Part shown: positions 48,768 to 57,262 of the stretch, one piece after another
Numbering within the stretch: position 1 is the stretch's first letter
Layout: the number at the start of each line of letters is the position of its first letter
Assembly (NCBI GenBank): GCA_041178425.1
Contig: JBEGVH010000006.1
Location: 32,001-96,000 of the forward strand
Direction: 5' to 3'
Source: Pseudomonadota bacterium
GTDB taxonomy: Bacteria > Bdellovibrionota > Bdellovibrionia > Bdellovibrionales > Bdellovibrionaceae
Length of the DNA: 64,000 nt
Program-made: the position numbers and the translations under genes
The notes under the pieces: model-generated
What the model saw: the letters and a program-made list of their open reading frames with translations, nothing else
Told to the model about the DNA's origin: nothing
Database searches by the model: none

Positions 48768-49895
48768 CTAAGTGTCTGTTGAATAGCGCCTTGCTTTCCA
48801 GCGTAAACCTAATTTTAAGCTATTTGAAACCCGAGCACAGAGAGAAATAAAAATAAATAAGCCCATATTGATGGGATATAAAAAGGCTCCTATGGTTGAA
48901 AAACGGCCGTTGTCCCTCTGGTCGCGAACGAAAAACAACGTGAGTAGCGCATAATGAATCCAGGTCCAGTGCCCTAAGGTCGCACCCACAACAAGAATGG
49001 TCTCTATCCAAGTTTTAGGTGAGGAGTATTTCATGCCTAAGCGAAAGTTTCTTTGCCAACCCGAAAAAAACTCCTGAGGGGTAGCGTACATTCGCGTCGA
49101 ATACAAATCCGTCAGTGGATAAACAAGAAAGGTTTGGCCCCTCGAAAAGCATTCTTTTGCGAGCGCGAGATCTTCTGCGAGTACATTTTTGATTTTTAAA
49201 TGACCCTCGCTCGCCCAGTAATAATCTTTATCAAAAAGTAAAAATTGTCCGATCGAAAAAAAACGTTCCTTGGAGGGGAGGGTCTGTTTGGAATCGGTAA
49301 TGAGCTGAATCATTGAATAAAAAGGACCAAGAGCTTTCTCCCAAGCCGTGGGGTTGCGATGATAGGGACGACAAGTCATGAGTGCGGCGCTATGTTGAGA
49401 AAACCAAGAGAGCGCTTTGGGGTAGTGTTCAGGGTGGTGACTAGTATCAGCATCAGTAAACAAAATGTATTTTCCAGAAAAGTGGATTTGGTTTAAGTGA
49501 TGAGCACCTTGATGGCAGGCCCAGTTTTTACCCGACCATCCCTCAGGCTTGGAGCTCGACTTAATCACTTCAAACCCAAGTTCCCTAGCGATGTCATGGG
49601 TGCGATCGGTGGATTGGTCGTCAACGACAATGATCGTTGTGCCGATTTTTTTAAGGGGATAGAGCGACTTTAGCAGCGTAGAAAGATTTTTCTCTTCGTT
49701 GCGAGCAGGAACAATGATGGCCAACTGATCGGCCAGGTGTTGCCAAGAAATGTGGTTGGACTCCTGCTTGGGTGGAAATACGGTGTTAATGTTCCTCACG
49801 CTCTTGCGTGCTCTGATGAAATGGCGCCACCAGAGCATACCGTAACCGCTAGCAAAGAGAAGATTGGAACCAGTGAACAGTTGCGACATACTCAT
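48768..49895 (-). CDS. GT2 glycosyltransferase, CrtQ/CruC-like (carotenoid glycosylation)
   Basis: IIVPARNEE, VDDQSTD, PEGWSGKNWAC, FTDAD, GQ, EDLALA, RMY; last gene of the crt operon. Confidence 0.85.
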   Translation of the reverse strand: MSMSQLFTGSNLLFASGYGMLWWRHFIRARKSVRNINTVFPPKQESNHISWQHLADQLAIIVPARNEEKNLSTLLKSLYPLKKIGTTIIVVDDQSTDRTHDIARELGFEVIKSSSKPEGWSGKNWACHQGAHHLNQIHFSGKYILFTDADTSHHPEHYPKALSWFSQHSAALMTCRPYHRNPTAWEKALGPFYSMIQLITDSKQTLPSKERFFSIGQFLLFDKDYYWASEGHLKIKNVLAEDLALAKECFSRGQTFLVYPLTDLYSTRMYATPQEFFSGWQRNFRLGMKYSSPKTWIETILVVGATLGHWTWIHYALLTLFFVRDQRDNGRFSTIGAFLYPINMGLFIFISLCARVSNSLKLGLRWKARRYSTDT

Positions 49896-50479
49896 TGAGG
49901 TAGCCAGAGCAGTGTTTCTTTAACGCCGGGATAGCCCTCTTCGAACCATTTCCACCAACTGCAAATCATGATCAAGTGTCCAACAAGAATAAAGTAGTGG
50001 CTCCACATTTCAACACGGTCGGATTTTTTGGTGAGGTAGCGATGCCAATGAAGCGCTTCATCGAAAAAGCTGTAGACCACGCTTAAAAAAATTAAAACCA
50101 TGGCCGGAATTCGAGCTAAATCTCTGTGTGCATAGCCTAAACAAAGCACAATAACACTCGCCATTCCTGAAACAATAGTGATGTGGTGAATCAGAGCTTC
50201 TCCTTCTTGAAGAACTTCTTTGTAAACGGTTCTATGGCCGATGGTATCAATAGCAATCGCTATCACAAAACAACCAATGCCCAAAGGAATGTTCCAGACC
50301 CATGTTGGAAATTCAACACCGTTGCTAGCTCCTAAGTAGAGAAAGGCTCCAACTGCAGCGAGGAGACCCACCATCATTCCGTTCCAAAGGACATAAACAA
50401 TCCAATCTTTTGCGTCGAAAAGCTGGATGCGGCCAACGTATATTTTAAAATCTATCCAAAACTCTTTCACAGCGGTCAT
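49892..50479 (-). CDS. His-rich membrane protein of unknown function in the crt operon
   Basis: About 5 TM helices; two D-x3-H...E-x3-H motifs; ATGA overlaps with both neighbours. Confidence 0.8.
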   Translation of the reverse strand: MTAVKEFWIDFKIYVGRIQLFDAKDWIVYVLWNGMMVGLLAAVGAFLYLGASNGVEFPTWVWNIPLGIGCFVIAIAIDTIGHRTVYKEVLQEGEALIHHITIVSGMASVIVLCLGYAHRDLARIPAMVLIFLSVVYSFFDEALHWHRYLTKKSDRVEMWSHYFILVGHLIMICSWWKWFEEGYPGVKETLLWLPQ

Positions 50480-51387
50480 GGTGGAGCTTCCTTTGTAAAG
50501 TTCTTAAATGATGTTCGTAATCGATCTGTTAAGAAACGTTGAGAACCCAAGAGAAAATATTTTAATTTTTGTGGCCATTCTAGAACCGTTCGTTTTTTTA
50601 AGGCGGAAGGACCGATTCTTCGTATCTCAATACCGATCCCTTGATACAGATAACTAGCAACACTGATGCTCCAGCCAGCACGAAAGGGCAAATAAGAAAG
50701 TCCTCTCCGCCCCTCGTCGTACATTGAATCGGCTTTATCAAGGAGTCTTAAAACTAATTGATAAACCAGGTTTTCGTTTTTTTGTGAGAGCAATTGGTAG
50801 GGCTTTATTGATTCCTCTTCAAGCCAAACTCTAGGAATATAGATACGATCATTGCGAAAGTCATCGCCCACATCTCTACAGATATTGGTTAGCTGCATGG
50901 CTCGGCCCAGTTGATCAGCAAACAATAGGGCTTCAGGGTCGCGAACTTTCAATATAGGGCTCATCATTAGGCCCACAACACCTGCAACGTGGTAGCAATA
51001 CCTCAATAAATCATCTAAGGAGTGTATCATGGTGCCCGAAACGTCTTGTTCAAATCCCTCGATCATTTCAAAAAAATGGTGTTGAGGAATCTTAAATGTT
51101 GCCGTTAGTTCGTGAAGCCCTGAATAGGGGGAGGGTGTCGAAGTTTCTAGATTGGCTATCAAACCCTTTTGAGTCTCCTTTTTTATCAATTGCAGGAGTG
51201 ATTGAGCTTCTTCTTGATTGTTGGCTTCATCGACCTGATCGTCACAATGCCGACACCATCGGTAGAGCAGATAGGCACCCCTCTGGCTTTTTTTATCCAG
51301 GAGGAGGGATGCCAACCGAAAACTTTTAGAGCCACCCGTGATGGCGGCTTTACTCAGTTTATAATTCACGTCGACCGATTTTGACAT
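50476..51387 (-). CDS. crtB: Phytoene synthase
   Basis: GSKSF.LAS, CDDQVD, YCYHVAGVVG, QLTNICRDV.DD, RIYIP. Confidence 0.95.
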   Translation of the reverse strand: MSKSVDVNYKLSKAAITGGSKSFRLASLLLDKKSQRGAYLLYRWCRHCDDQVDEANNQEEAQSLLQLIKKETQKGLIANLETSTPSPYSGLHELTATFKIPQHHFFEMIEGFEQDVSGTMIHSLDDLLRYCYHVAGVVGLMMSPILKVRDPEALLFADQLGRAMQLTNICRDVGDDFRNDRIYIPRVWLEEESIKPYQLLSQKNENLVYQLVLRLLDKADSMYDEGRRGLSYLPFRAGWSISVASYLYQGIGIEIRRIGPSALKKRTVLEWPQKLKYFLLGSQRFLTDRLRTSFKNFTKEAPP

Positions 51388-51406
51388 GATCGCTTGTCCT
51401 TACCTT

Positions 51407-52969
51407 TCAAAGGTGTATTTGAGGGCGTTCTAATGATGGCTCGACCGCGACGGGACCCATTTTGTAGGTGCGTTCGTAGTCTTCGGCGATGAGTCCGCAA
51501 GTAGCTTTTGCAGATTGAACAACGCCAGGTAAACCAGCCCCTGGGTGAGTTCCTGCGCCAACAAAGTAAAGGCCGGCAATTTTCTCATCTCTGTTATGAG
51601 TACGGAAATAAGCGCTTTGAGTGAGAGTTGGTTCAAGGGAAAAAGCAGAACCGTGGTAAGAATTTAACTCTTTTTCAAAATCGTTTGGAGTAAAAATCTT
51701 CTGAGTCACGATGTTCTCACTCAGACCCGGGAGATAGTGTTTTTCAAGATAATTTATGATCTTTTGTGCGTACTTTGGAGCTTCTGTTTTCCAGTTGATA
51801 TCGGCCAATCCCAAGTGAGGAACAGGAGAAAGAACGTAGAAGGTTTCGCAACCTTCGGGCGCTAAACTTGGGTCGGTTTGAGTGGGCGCATGGAGATAAA
51901 GGGAAAAATCATCAGCAAGATGGCCTTTGTCAAAGATGTCAGCCAAAAGGTCTTTGTACCGAGGGCCGAACAAAACCATGTGATGAGCAAGATTTGAAAA
52001 TTTCTTTTTTGTTCCAAAATAAATCAGGAAAAGCGACATGCTGAAGCTTTTTTTATCGATCGCTTTGGTCATCTCAGGTCCGCGAGGGTGGCGATCGAGA
52101 AGATTTTTATATGTATGCATCACATCAGCGTTGCTCACGACGAGATCAGCTGCAAGAGTTTCGCCTCTACGGGTGCGCACTCCGGAGACATGCTTGTTGT
52201 CTACCAAAATTTGATCAATTTCACAGTTGAGCAAAAGTTTTCCGCCATTTTCATGAAATAAACGAGTAAAGGCCTTTACTAGGGCGCCTGTACCTCCCCT
52301 CGGAAAGGTCACTCCCCATTTTTGTTCGAGAAAATGAATAAGCGTGTAGATTGAGGAGGTTTGAAATGGATTGCCACCGACAAGAAGTGAATGAAAACTG
52401 AAAGCCTGGCGAAGCTTTTCGTTTTTCACATACTGCCCAACAGTTTGATAAACATTTTGATAGGCTTTTAGTTTAACCAGCTGAGGGGCTACACGAATCA
52501 TTGACCACCAATCCAAAAAAGCTTCAGCCGAGAGTTTTTCATAACCCTCTTTGAATACTTCTTCGCTATAGGAAAGAAATTGGCGGTACCCTTCAGCGTC
52601 TTTTGTTCCAGAGAGAGCCGTAATCTGTCGAAGGGTTTCATCGAGATTTTGTCCGTAATTGAAGCGAGTGCCGTCTTCCCAGCAGAGTTGGTAAAAGGGA
52701 TTGACGGGCATAAGTTCACAGTAATCGGAAAGTCTTTTGCCCACGCTTTCAAAGACTTCTTCGAGGCAGCTTGGTGCAGTGATAACAGTTGGTCCGGCAT
52801 CAAAGGTGAAGCCGTCTTGCTTATAGACGTAAGCGCGCCCGCCCGGTTGATCTCTTTTTTCGCAAATAGTGACTTGAAATCCTTGTGATTGAAGGCGAAT
52901 GGCTGTGGCGAGTCCACCAAAGCCACTTCCAATAACGATTGCTTTTGGGTTTTTTTTCTTAATATGCAT
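51407..52969 (-). CDS. crtI: Phytoene desaturase
   Basis: GSGFGG, FDAGPTVIT, SFHSLLVGGNPF, DDFSLYLH, GAGTHPGAGLPGV. Confidence 0.96.
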   Translation of the reverse strand: MHIKKKNPKAIVIGSGFGGLATAIRLQSQGFQVTICEKRDQPGGRAYVYKQDGFTFDAGPTVITAPSCLEEVFESVGKRLSDYCELMPVNPFYQLCWEDGTRFNYGQNLDETLRQITALSGTKDAEGYRQFLSYSEEVFKEGYEKLSAEAFLDWWSMIRVAPQLVKLKAYQNVYQTVGQYVKNEKLRQAFSFHSLLVGGNPFQTSSIYTLIHFLEQKWGVTFPRGGTGALVKAFTRLFHENGGKLLLNCEIDQILVDNKHVSGVRTRRGETLAADLVVSNADVMHTYKNLLDRHPRGPEMTKAIDKKSFSMSLFLIYFGTKKKFSNLAHHMVLFGPRYKDLLADIFDKGHLADDFSLYLHAPTQTDPSLAPEGCETFYVLSPVPHLGLADINWKTEAPKYAQKIINYLEKHYLPGLSENIVTQKIFTPNDFEKELNSYHGSAFSLEPTLTQSAYFRTHNRDEKIAGLYFVGAGTHPGAGLPGVVQSAKATCGLIAEDYERTYKMGPVAVEPSLERPQIHL

Positions 52970-54020
52970 GGGATAACCTCTCTAGCATGGTGTTCAATTG
53001 TTCGAAGGCAGCAGGGGAAAGTTTATTGGCATTTTGAGCTAGATCATTCAGCCATTGTTGCTGAAGTTCGGTAGCTCGAGTTTTGGCAAGATGTTTCAAA
53101 TTCAAACGTTCAATGGCAGGCTCAATGGCTTCTTTAAAGAGCGGCATTTGCCGTTGGTTATGAATGAGGTTAACAAATTCGTGGTAGTCGGTGGAACTAC
53201 AGAGATCAGCGAGCACAGCCCAAACAAAAGTGGGTCGCATGAATTTTAAATCTTCATATTGTTTTTGCGGATTGTTAGCTGAGGTCAGATTACCAATATC
53301 ATCGTGCATCTGCAGAAACTGTCCGAATTGCAATCCAAGGTCGTTGAGAGCATCCAAAGTTTGATCGAGGAAGCGGCATTGTTCTTTCGTTAGAGTATTA
53401 AAAAAAGCAAGCGCACCCAGTTTGAGAGAGAGGGCTGTCAGAGCACCGGATTTTAATTCAATACTCTTGAAAACAATCTCTGTGATATGAGGTTGCGGTA
53501 TATCGCGGAGATTGGTACCGATATCGATGGCCTGGCCTGTATGAGCTAAAAGTAATGTTTTATGGCATTCGGCGATGGCGATCGACTTGATTGATTCTTG
53601 CAAGTTAGAGTTTTGGATTAAAACCAAGGGCCAAAAGTAGAGCCAGTTTCCGGCGTTGAGCGCGAGCGGAAGGCCATGAATTTTATGAAGAGTGGGGCGA
53701 CCTCGGCGTATTTCTGTTTCATCTTCGATGTCATCAATAATGAGAGAGCCTGAATGTATGAGTTCAATGACATCATTAAAAAGTTTAATGTCTTTTTCTC
53801 CAAAAGAAGAGCCCTTCAATTTTTCGTTGTCGAATTCTTGTGCTACTTGATACCCAAAGTTGATAAGTTCCGAGCGAAAGCCCTTTTTTGGTCGACTTAA
53901 AAATTCGTTAATTGGATTGAGCAATGACGTCTGACACAGATCATTCAATGGATCGTTCTGTTGGCTTGAGATCTTTGTGAGTTGGAATAACTCATGATAG
54001 CCAAAAGTTTGCTCTCTCAT
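52959..54020 (-). CDS. crtE: Geranylgeranyl diphosphate synthase
   Basis: IHSGSLIIDDIED..RRG, GQAID, LKSG, QMHDD. Confidence 0.88.
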   Translation of the reverse strand: MREQTFGYHELFQLTKISSQQNDPLNDLCQTSLLNPINEFLSRPKKGFRSELINFGYQVAQEFDNEKLKGSSFGEKDIKLFNDVIELIHSGSLIIDDIEDETEIRRGRPTLHKIHGLPLALNAGNWLYFWPLVLIQNSNLQESIKSIAIAECHKTLLLAHTGQAIDIGTNLRDIPQPHITEIVFKSIELKSGALTALSLKLGALAFFNTLTKEQCRFLDQTLDALNDLGLQFGQFLQMHDDIGNLTSANNPQKQYEDLKFMRPTFVWAVLADLCSSTDYHEFVNLIHNQRQMPLFKEAIEPAIERLNLKHLAKTRATELQQQWLNDLAQNANKLSPAAFEQLNTMLERLSHAY

Positions 54021-55243
54021 ATCTGATCATCCGAGGCAATGAGTTTGTTAGACGTTTGTAAAGCTGGGAAAATAATTTTTAAGGCGGTGATAACGGGTAT
54101 GGGCGGTCGGCCGACAAGCAAACGCAGCTTATCGATAAAGTTTGTTTGGCCCGAGTAAAATCGAGAGATCGTTTTGACTGGCAATCGATAAAATCTCGAG
54201 AAAATATTTTTACGATTTGTTTCGTCAGACCCTAAGAACATCAGTCGATTCAGAAATAAATAAAAAGGTCTCGTTTTTTCATTTTGATTTTGGAGTTTTC
54301 GTAAGCAGGCTGCCACCTGTTCTTTGGTTGGATGCGACAAATCAGATAAGGCTTCGGCCACTCGAGTGCTCCACAGAAAAGAATATCCTGTGACCGGATG
54401 GTAAAAGTCGGCGCCGGTGCCTATGAAAAATGGTTGGCCGCCTATCGATTCATTCGAACTCTTAAGTGAATGAAGGGGAATTGGTAAAACACCAGTTTCT
54501 GTTCTCATAACCGTTTCGATGGGCCAGTGCTTTGTGAAAGCATAGTGCTTTAAATCAGAAATGGAGGTTTGAACAGGGAGTTGATGATTGTTGCTATAGT
54601 AGGTGTCTTCGATAAGGAGCGTTTCTTCTGTCAATGGAAGGGCGTAAATAAAGCGATATCCGTCGGTTTGATCGATGTTTGCATCCATGAGCAGGGGGCG
54701 ATTCAGCCGATGAGGACCTCTTGTTTTTATTTCAAGTCCGACAAACTTCTGAAATCCCCAATGGCGTTTTTGCATTTCAGGCAAAGTGAGTTTAGGTATT
54801 GATCGAGCATCAATGACGATTGTTCCAAAAAATGTTCTGCCGGTTGTGGTTTTAACGTGAGTATCTGAGATTTCTTCGATTTTTGCTCCCATCATCAGGT
54901 GATCGCGGAGAAAATGCTGCATTTTGGAAAAAAAATCTCTGGCCAAAATGGTATGGTAACTGAGGTTGACGGTGGTGCGCTTTTTTGAAAATTGAACGTC
55001 GTAGTTGTTCCAGGAAGCCGTGAGAAAGTCTTTCCAAAGGTTTATGTTTGAAACATCGTTTTGATGGAAAGACCAAGTTTTATCGCAAGCAAACGAATCC
55101 TGGCTTTCAAAGATTTTGAAGCTGAGGTGAGGTTGTTTTATCTTTAGCTGGTAAGCGTAACACAATCCAGAAAGTCCGCCACCAACAATCAGAATATCGA
55201 AAGCACCTTCATAGTTTTTGTTTAAGAATAATCTATCGCCCAT
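54017..55243 (-). CDS. crtY: Lycopene beta-cyclase
   Basis: GGGLSG, TWSFH, FQKFVG, LMDA..Q.DGYRFIY.LP, EDTYYS, HPVTGYS, RFYRLP..I.RFY. Confidence 0.92.
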   Translation of the reverse strand: MGDRLFLNKNYEGAFDILIVGGGLSGLCYAYQLKIKQPHLSFKIFESQDSFACDKTWSFHQNDVSNINLWKDFLTASWNNYDVQFSKKRTTVNLSYHTILARDFFSKMQHFLRDHLMMGAKIEEISDTHVKTTTGRTFFGTIVIDARSIPKLTLPEMQKRHWGFQKFVGLEIKTRGPHRLNRPLLMDANIDQTDGYRFIYALPLTEETLLIEDTYYSNNHQLPVQTSISDLKHYAFTKHWPIETVMRTETGVLPIPLHSLKSSNESIGGQPFFIGTGADFYHPVTGYSFLWSTRVAEALSDLSHPTKEQVAACLRKLQNQNEKTRPFYLFLNRLMFLGSDETNRKNIFSRFYRLPVKTISRFYSGQTNFIDKLRLLVGRPPIPVITALKIIFPALQTSNKLIASDDQI

Positions 55244-55251
55244 CGAATTTG

Positions 55252-55282
55252 ACTATACCGAGATAAAATGGGTATTTGTCAA
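55252..55282 (-). promoter_or_regulatory. Sigma70-type promoter of the crt operon with a 19-bp spacer; nearly leaderless
   Basis: TTGACA-N19-TATAGT ending 8 nt before the crtY ATG; imperfect dyad TTGACaaATACC...GGTATaGTCAA. Confidence 0.55.
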
Positions 55283-55402
55283 AGAATTGTCGCATTTTAT
55301 TGGAAGCATTGACGGCCGCTCCATAAAATGTGAGGGGAGCGGCTTAAGTAATTTAGTTTTCTTAAGGGAGGCGATCAGCTTAGATTTCGAATCGAAGAAA
55401 CA

Positions 55403-57262
55403 TTAGGCCGCAGTGACCTCTTCGTCGCCGTCAACCACAAACTCCGAATAAGGAGTTTTAATTTCTTTGTAGTTGATATCAGGCCATACTCGATATCCGC
55501 GCACTTTAAAGAGCGAAAAGGCGAGCGCTTTGCCTTTCACATAGTGAAAGCCCGCCTGTTCGAGCCAGAATACATCGCTAATTTTTTCAGACGTAATCTC
55601 GCTAATGAGGAGATCGAAGCCGTACACTTTCGTGGAGGATTCAATTCTTGCAGCGTGTTTTACTATGTCTCCAAAAACCCGCAGTTGGGATCGCTCATGA
55701 GAACCAACTCTTCCGATGATGGCCTCTCCATGGTGAACGCCCATGCCAATGCGAAGAGGTTTTAGGCCTGTGGCGACTCGAAGGTTGTTTAGGCCCTCGA
55801 TGGCTAAGCGGATATCCAGGGCACAAAAAAGAGCCTGCTCGGTATCGCTGTCTTTGGCTTCGTGCACTCCCCAAACAACCGAAAGACTCTCAGCGTCTAC
55901 GTGTTCAACCCAACCTTGATGTTTGTCGATCATTCGCATGAGAACCTCGATGGTCTCATTCACGGTGGTTAGTATTTTTGCTGGATGGTCTCCCTCGCAC
56001 ATCGAAAGAATGTGGCTGAAGTCGCAATGAAGCACGGTCACTTGTCGGTGATGCCCAACAAAGTCTTCCTCTTTGAATCGCATCATGGAGTGAATCGCCG
56101 CCTTGCCAAACGCTTGGTGCATTATGGCATAAGCTTTAACGCGTTCCTTCAAGCCAATAGCAATATCATCAAAATGGTTGGCGAGAGTTTTAAACTCATC
56201 GGGTGTGGTCATTTGTGGTGCAATTTTAAAGTCAAACTGGCCATCCAGCATTTTTCGCACGGCTTGACGAAGAAGAGTCATGGCCTGCTTTATATGATCG
56301 ATCATAAAAAACACAAGAAAGAGCGAAATAGCAAAGATGATTCCGATAAAGAGAGTCCATTGGCGAAAAGTTTGTTGAAAAGGAGAGGAAATAATCCCTT
56401 CTTCGGACGTGCTAAAAACCGTGGGGCCCAAAGTTGTTTTTGCGTAAGACCCGGTGAATTGCCGATTGGTTCGATTGACGGGAAGTTGATATTGGATATT
56501 GCCCCGCGGGCTGGCATCTTGAAGCCCGGCTTTAACGAGCGGATTGTCAGTCAAAGAGCGTCCCTCGATCGTAAGATATTCATCTGGATGTGCCAATGTG
56601 TTGCCAAAACGATCGACTAAAAAAACAGTCCGGTCTTTGAAGGTAGAGAAAATACGTTGAACACGCGCCAGTTCAACATAAAAGATAGCAGCAAGAGCAA
56701 CCTCTTGATTGAGGTTACGAGAAAGGGGAACACCCACAGCCATGAGAGGTACTTCTGGTTCGATGGTTGCAATTTGTATGTCATTACCCTTTTGAGCAAG
56801 CGCTCTGATAGGGAAAGGTTTAAATAAATTAATTCGTTTGATGTAGGATTTATCTTTGCCCAGGCGTTCGAGGGCCTTGTTATTCATGATGGCGTGGCTC
56901 AATTCGTATTCATCTTCATTAGCACTGTAAATTGTAATTCCTAGTAAATCTGGCTCATTAGCAATAAGATGTTCGAGGTGGTCGACCATTTCTAGTTTGT
57001 TGGCTTTTCCGGCATCGAGCAATAAAGTGGAAAGTAGTTTTGATTTTTCCATGAGGGCGCGAACATAATTTTCAAATTCTTTGGCCTTTGTCACAGCGAC
57101 CAGCGTATTGGCTTCTTCTTCTTTATTGAGATCAATTTGCTCGAAATACTTTATGGTGTAGAGATTAAAAGGCACGCTGCCAATAAAAACTAAAACGATG
57201 GTCGCTAATGCCATTCGAATCACAAATGAGTTGGACGAGGTCTTAAGGAAATTAGTAATCAT
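55403..57262 (-). CDS. Membrane Cache-HAMP class III adenylate/guanylate cyclase homolog with degenerate active site
   Basis: TM-Cache(LAHPD)-TM-HAMP(DEF..LA..F)-cyclase (IGMGVHHG, GRVGS, FGD...AARIES, VKGK). Confidence 0.85.
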   Translation of the reverse strand: MITNFLKTSSNSFVIRMALATIVLVFIGSVPFNLYTIKYFEQIDLNKEEEANTLVAVTKAKEFENYVRALMEKSKLLSTLLLDAGKANKLEMVDHLEHLIANEPDLLGITIYSANEDEYELSHAIMNNKALERLGKDKSYIKRINLFKPFPIRALAQKGNDIQIATIEPEVPLMAVGVPLSRNLNQEVALAAIFYVELARVQRIFSTFKDRTVFLVDRFGNTLAHPDEYLTIEGRSLTDNPLVKAGLQDASPRGNIQYQLPVNRTNRQFTGSYAKTTLGPTVFSTSEEGIISSPFQQTFRQWTLFIGIIFAISLFLVFFMIDHIKQAMTLLRQAVRKMLDGQFDFKIAPQMTTPDEFKTLANHFDDIAIGLKERVKAYAIMHQAFGKAAIHSMMRFKEEDFVGHHRQVTVLHCDFSHILSMCEGDHPAKILTTVNETIEVLMRMIDKHQGWVEHVDAESLSVVWGVHEAKDSDTEQALFCALDIRLAIEGLNNLRVATGLKPLRIGMGVHHGEAIIGRVGSHERSQLRVFGDIVKHAARIESSTKVYGFDLLISEITSEKISDVFWLEQAGFHYVKGKALAFSLFKVRGYRVWPDINYKEIKTPYSEFVVDGDEEVTAA

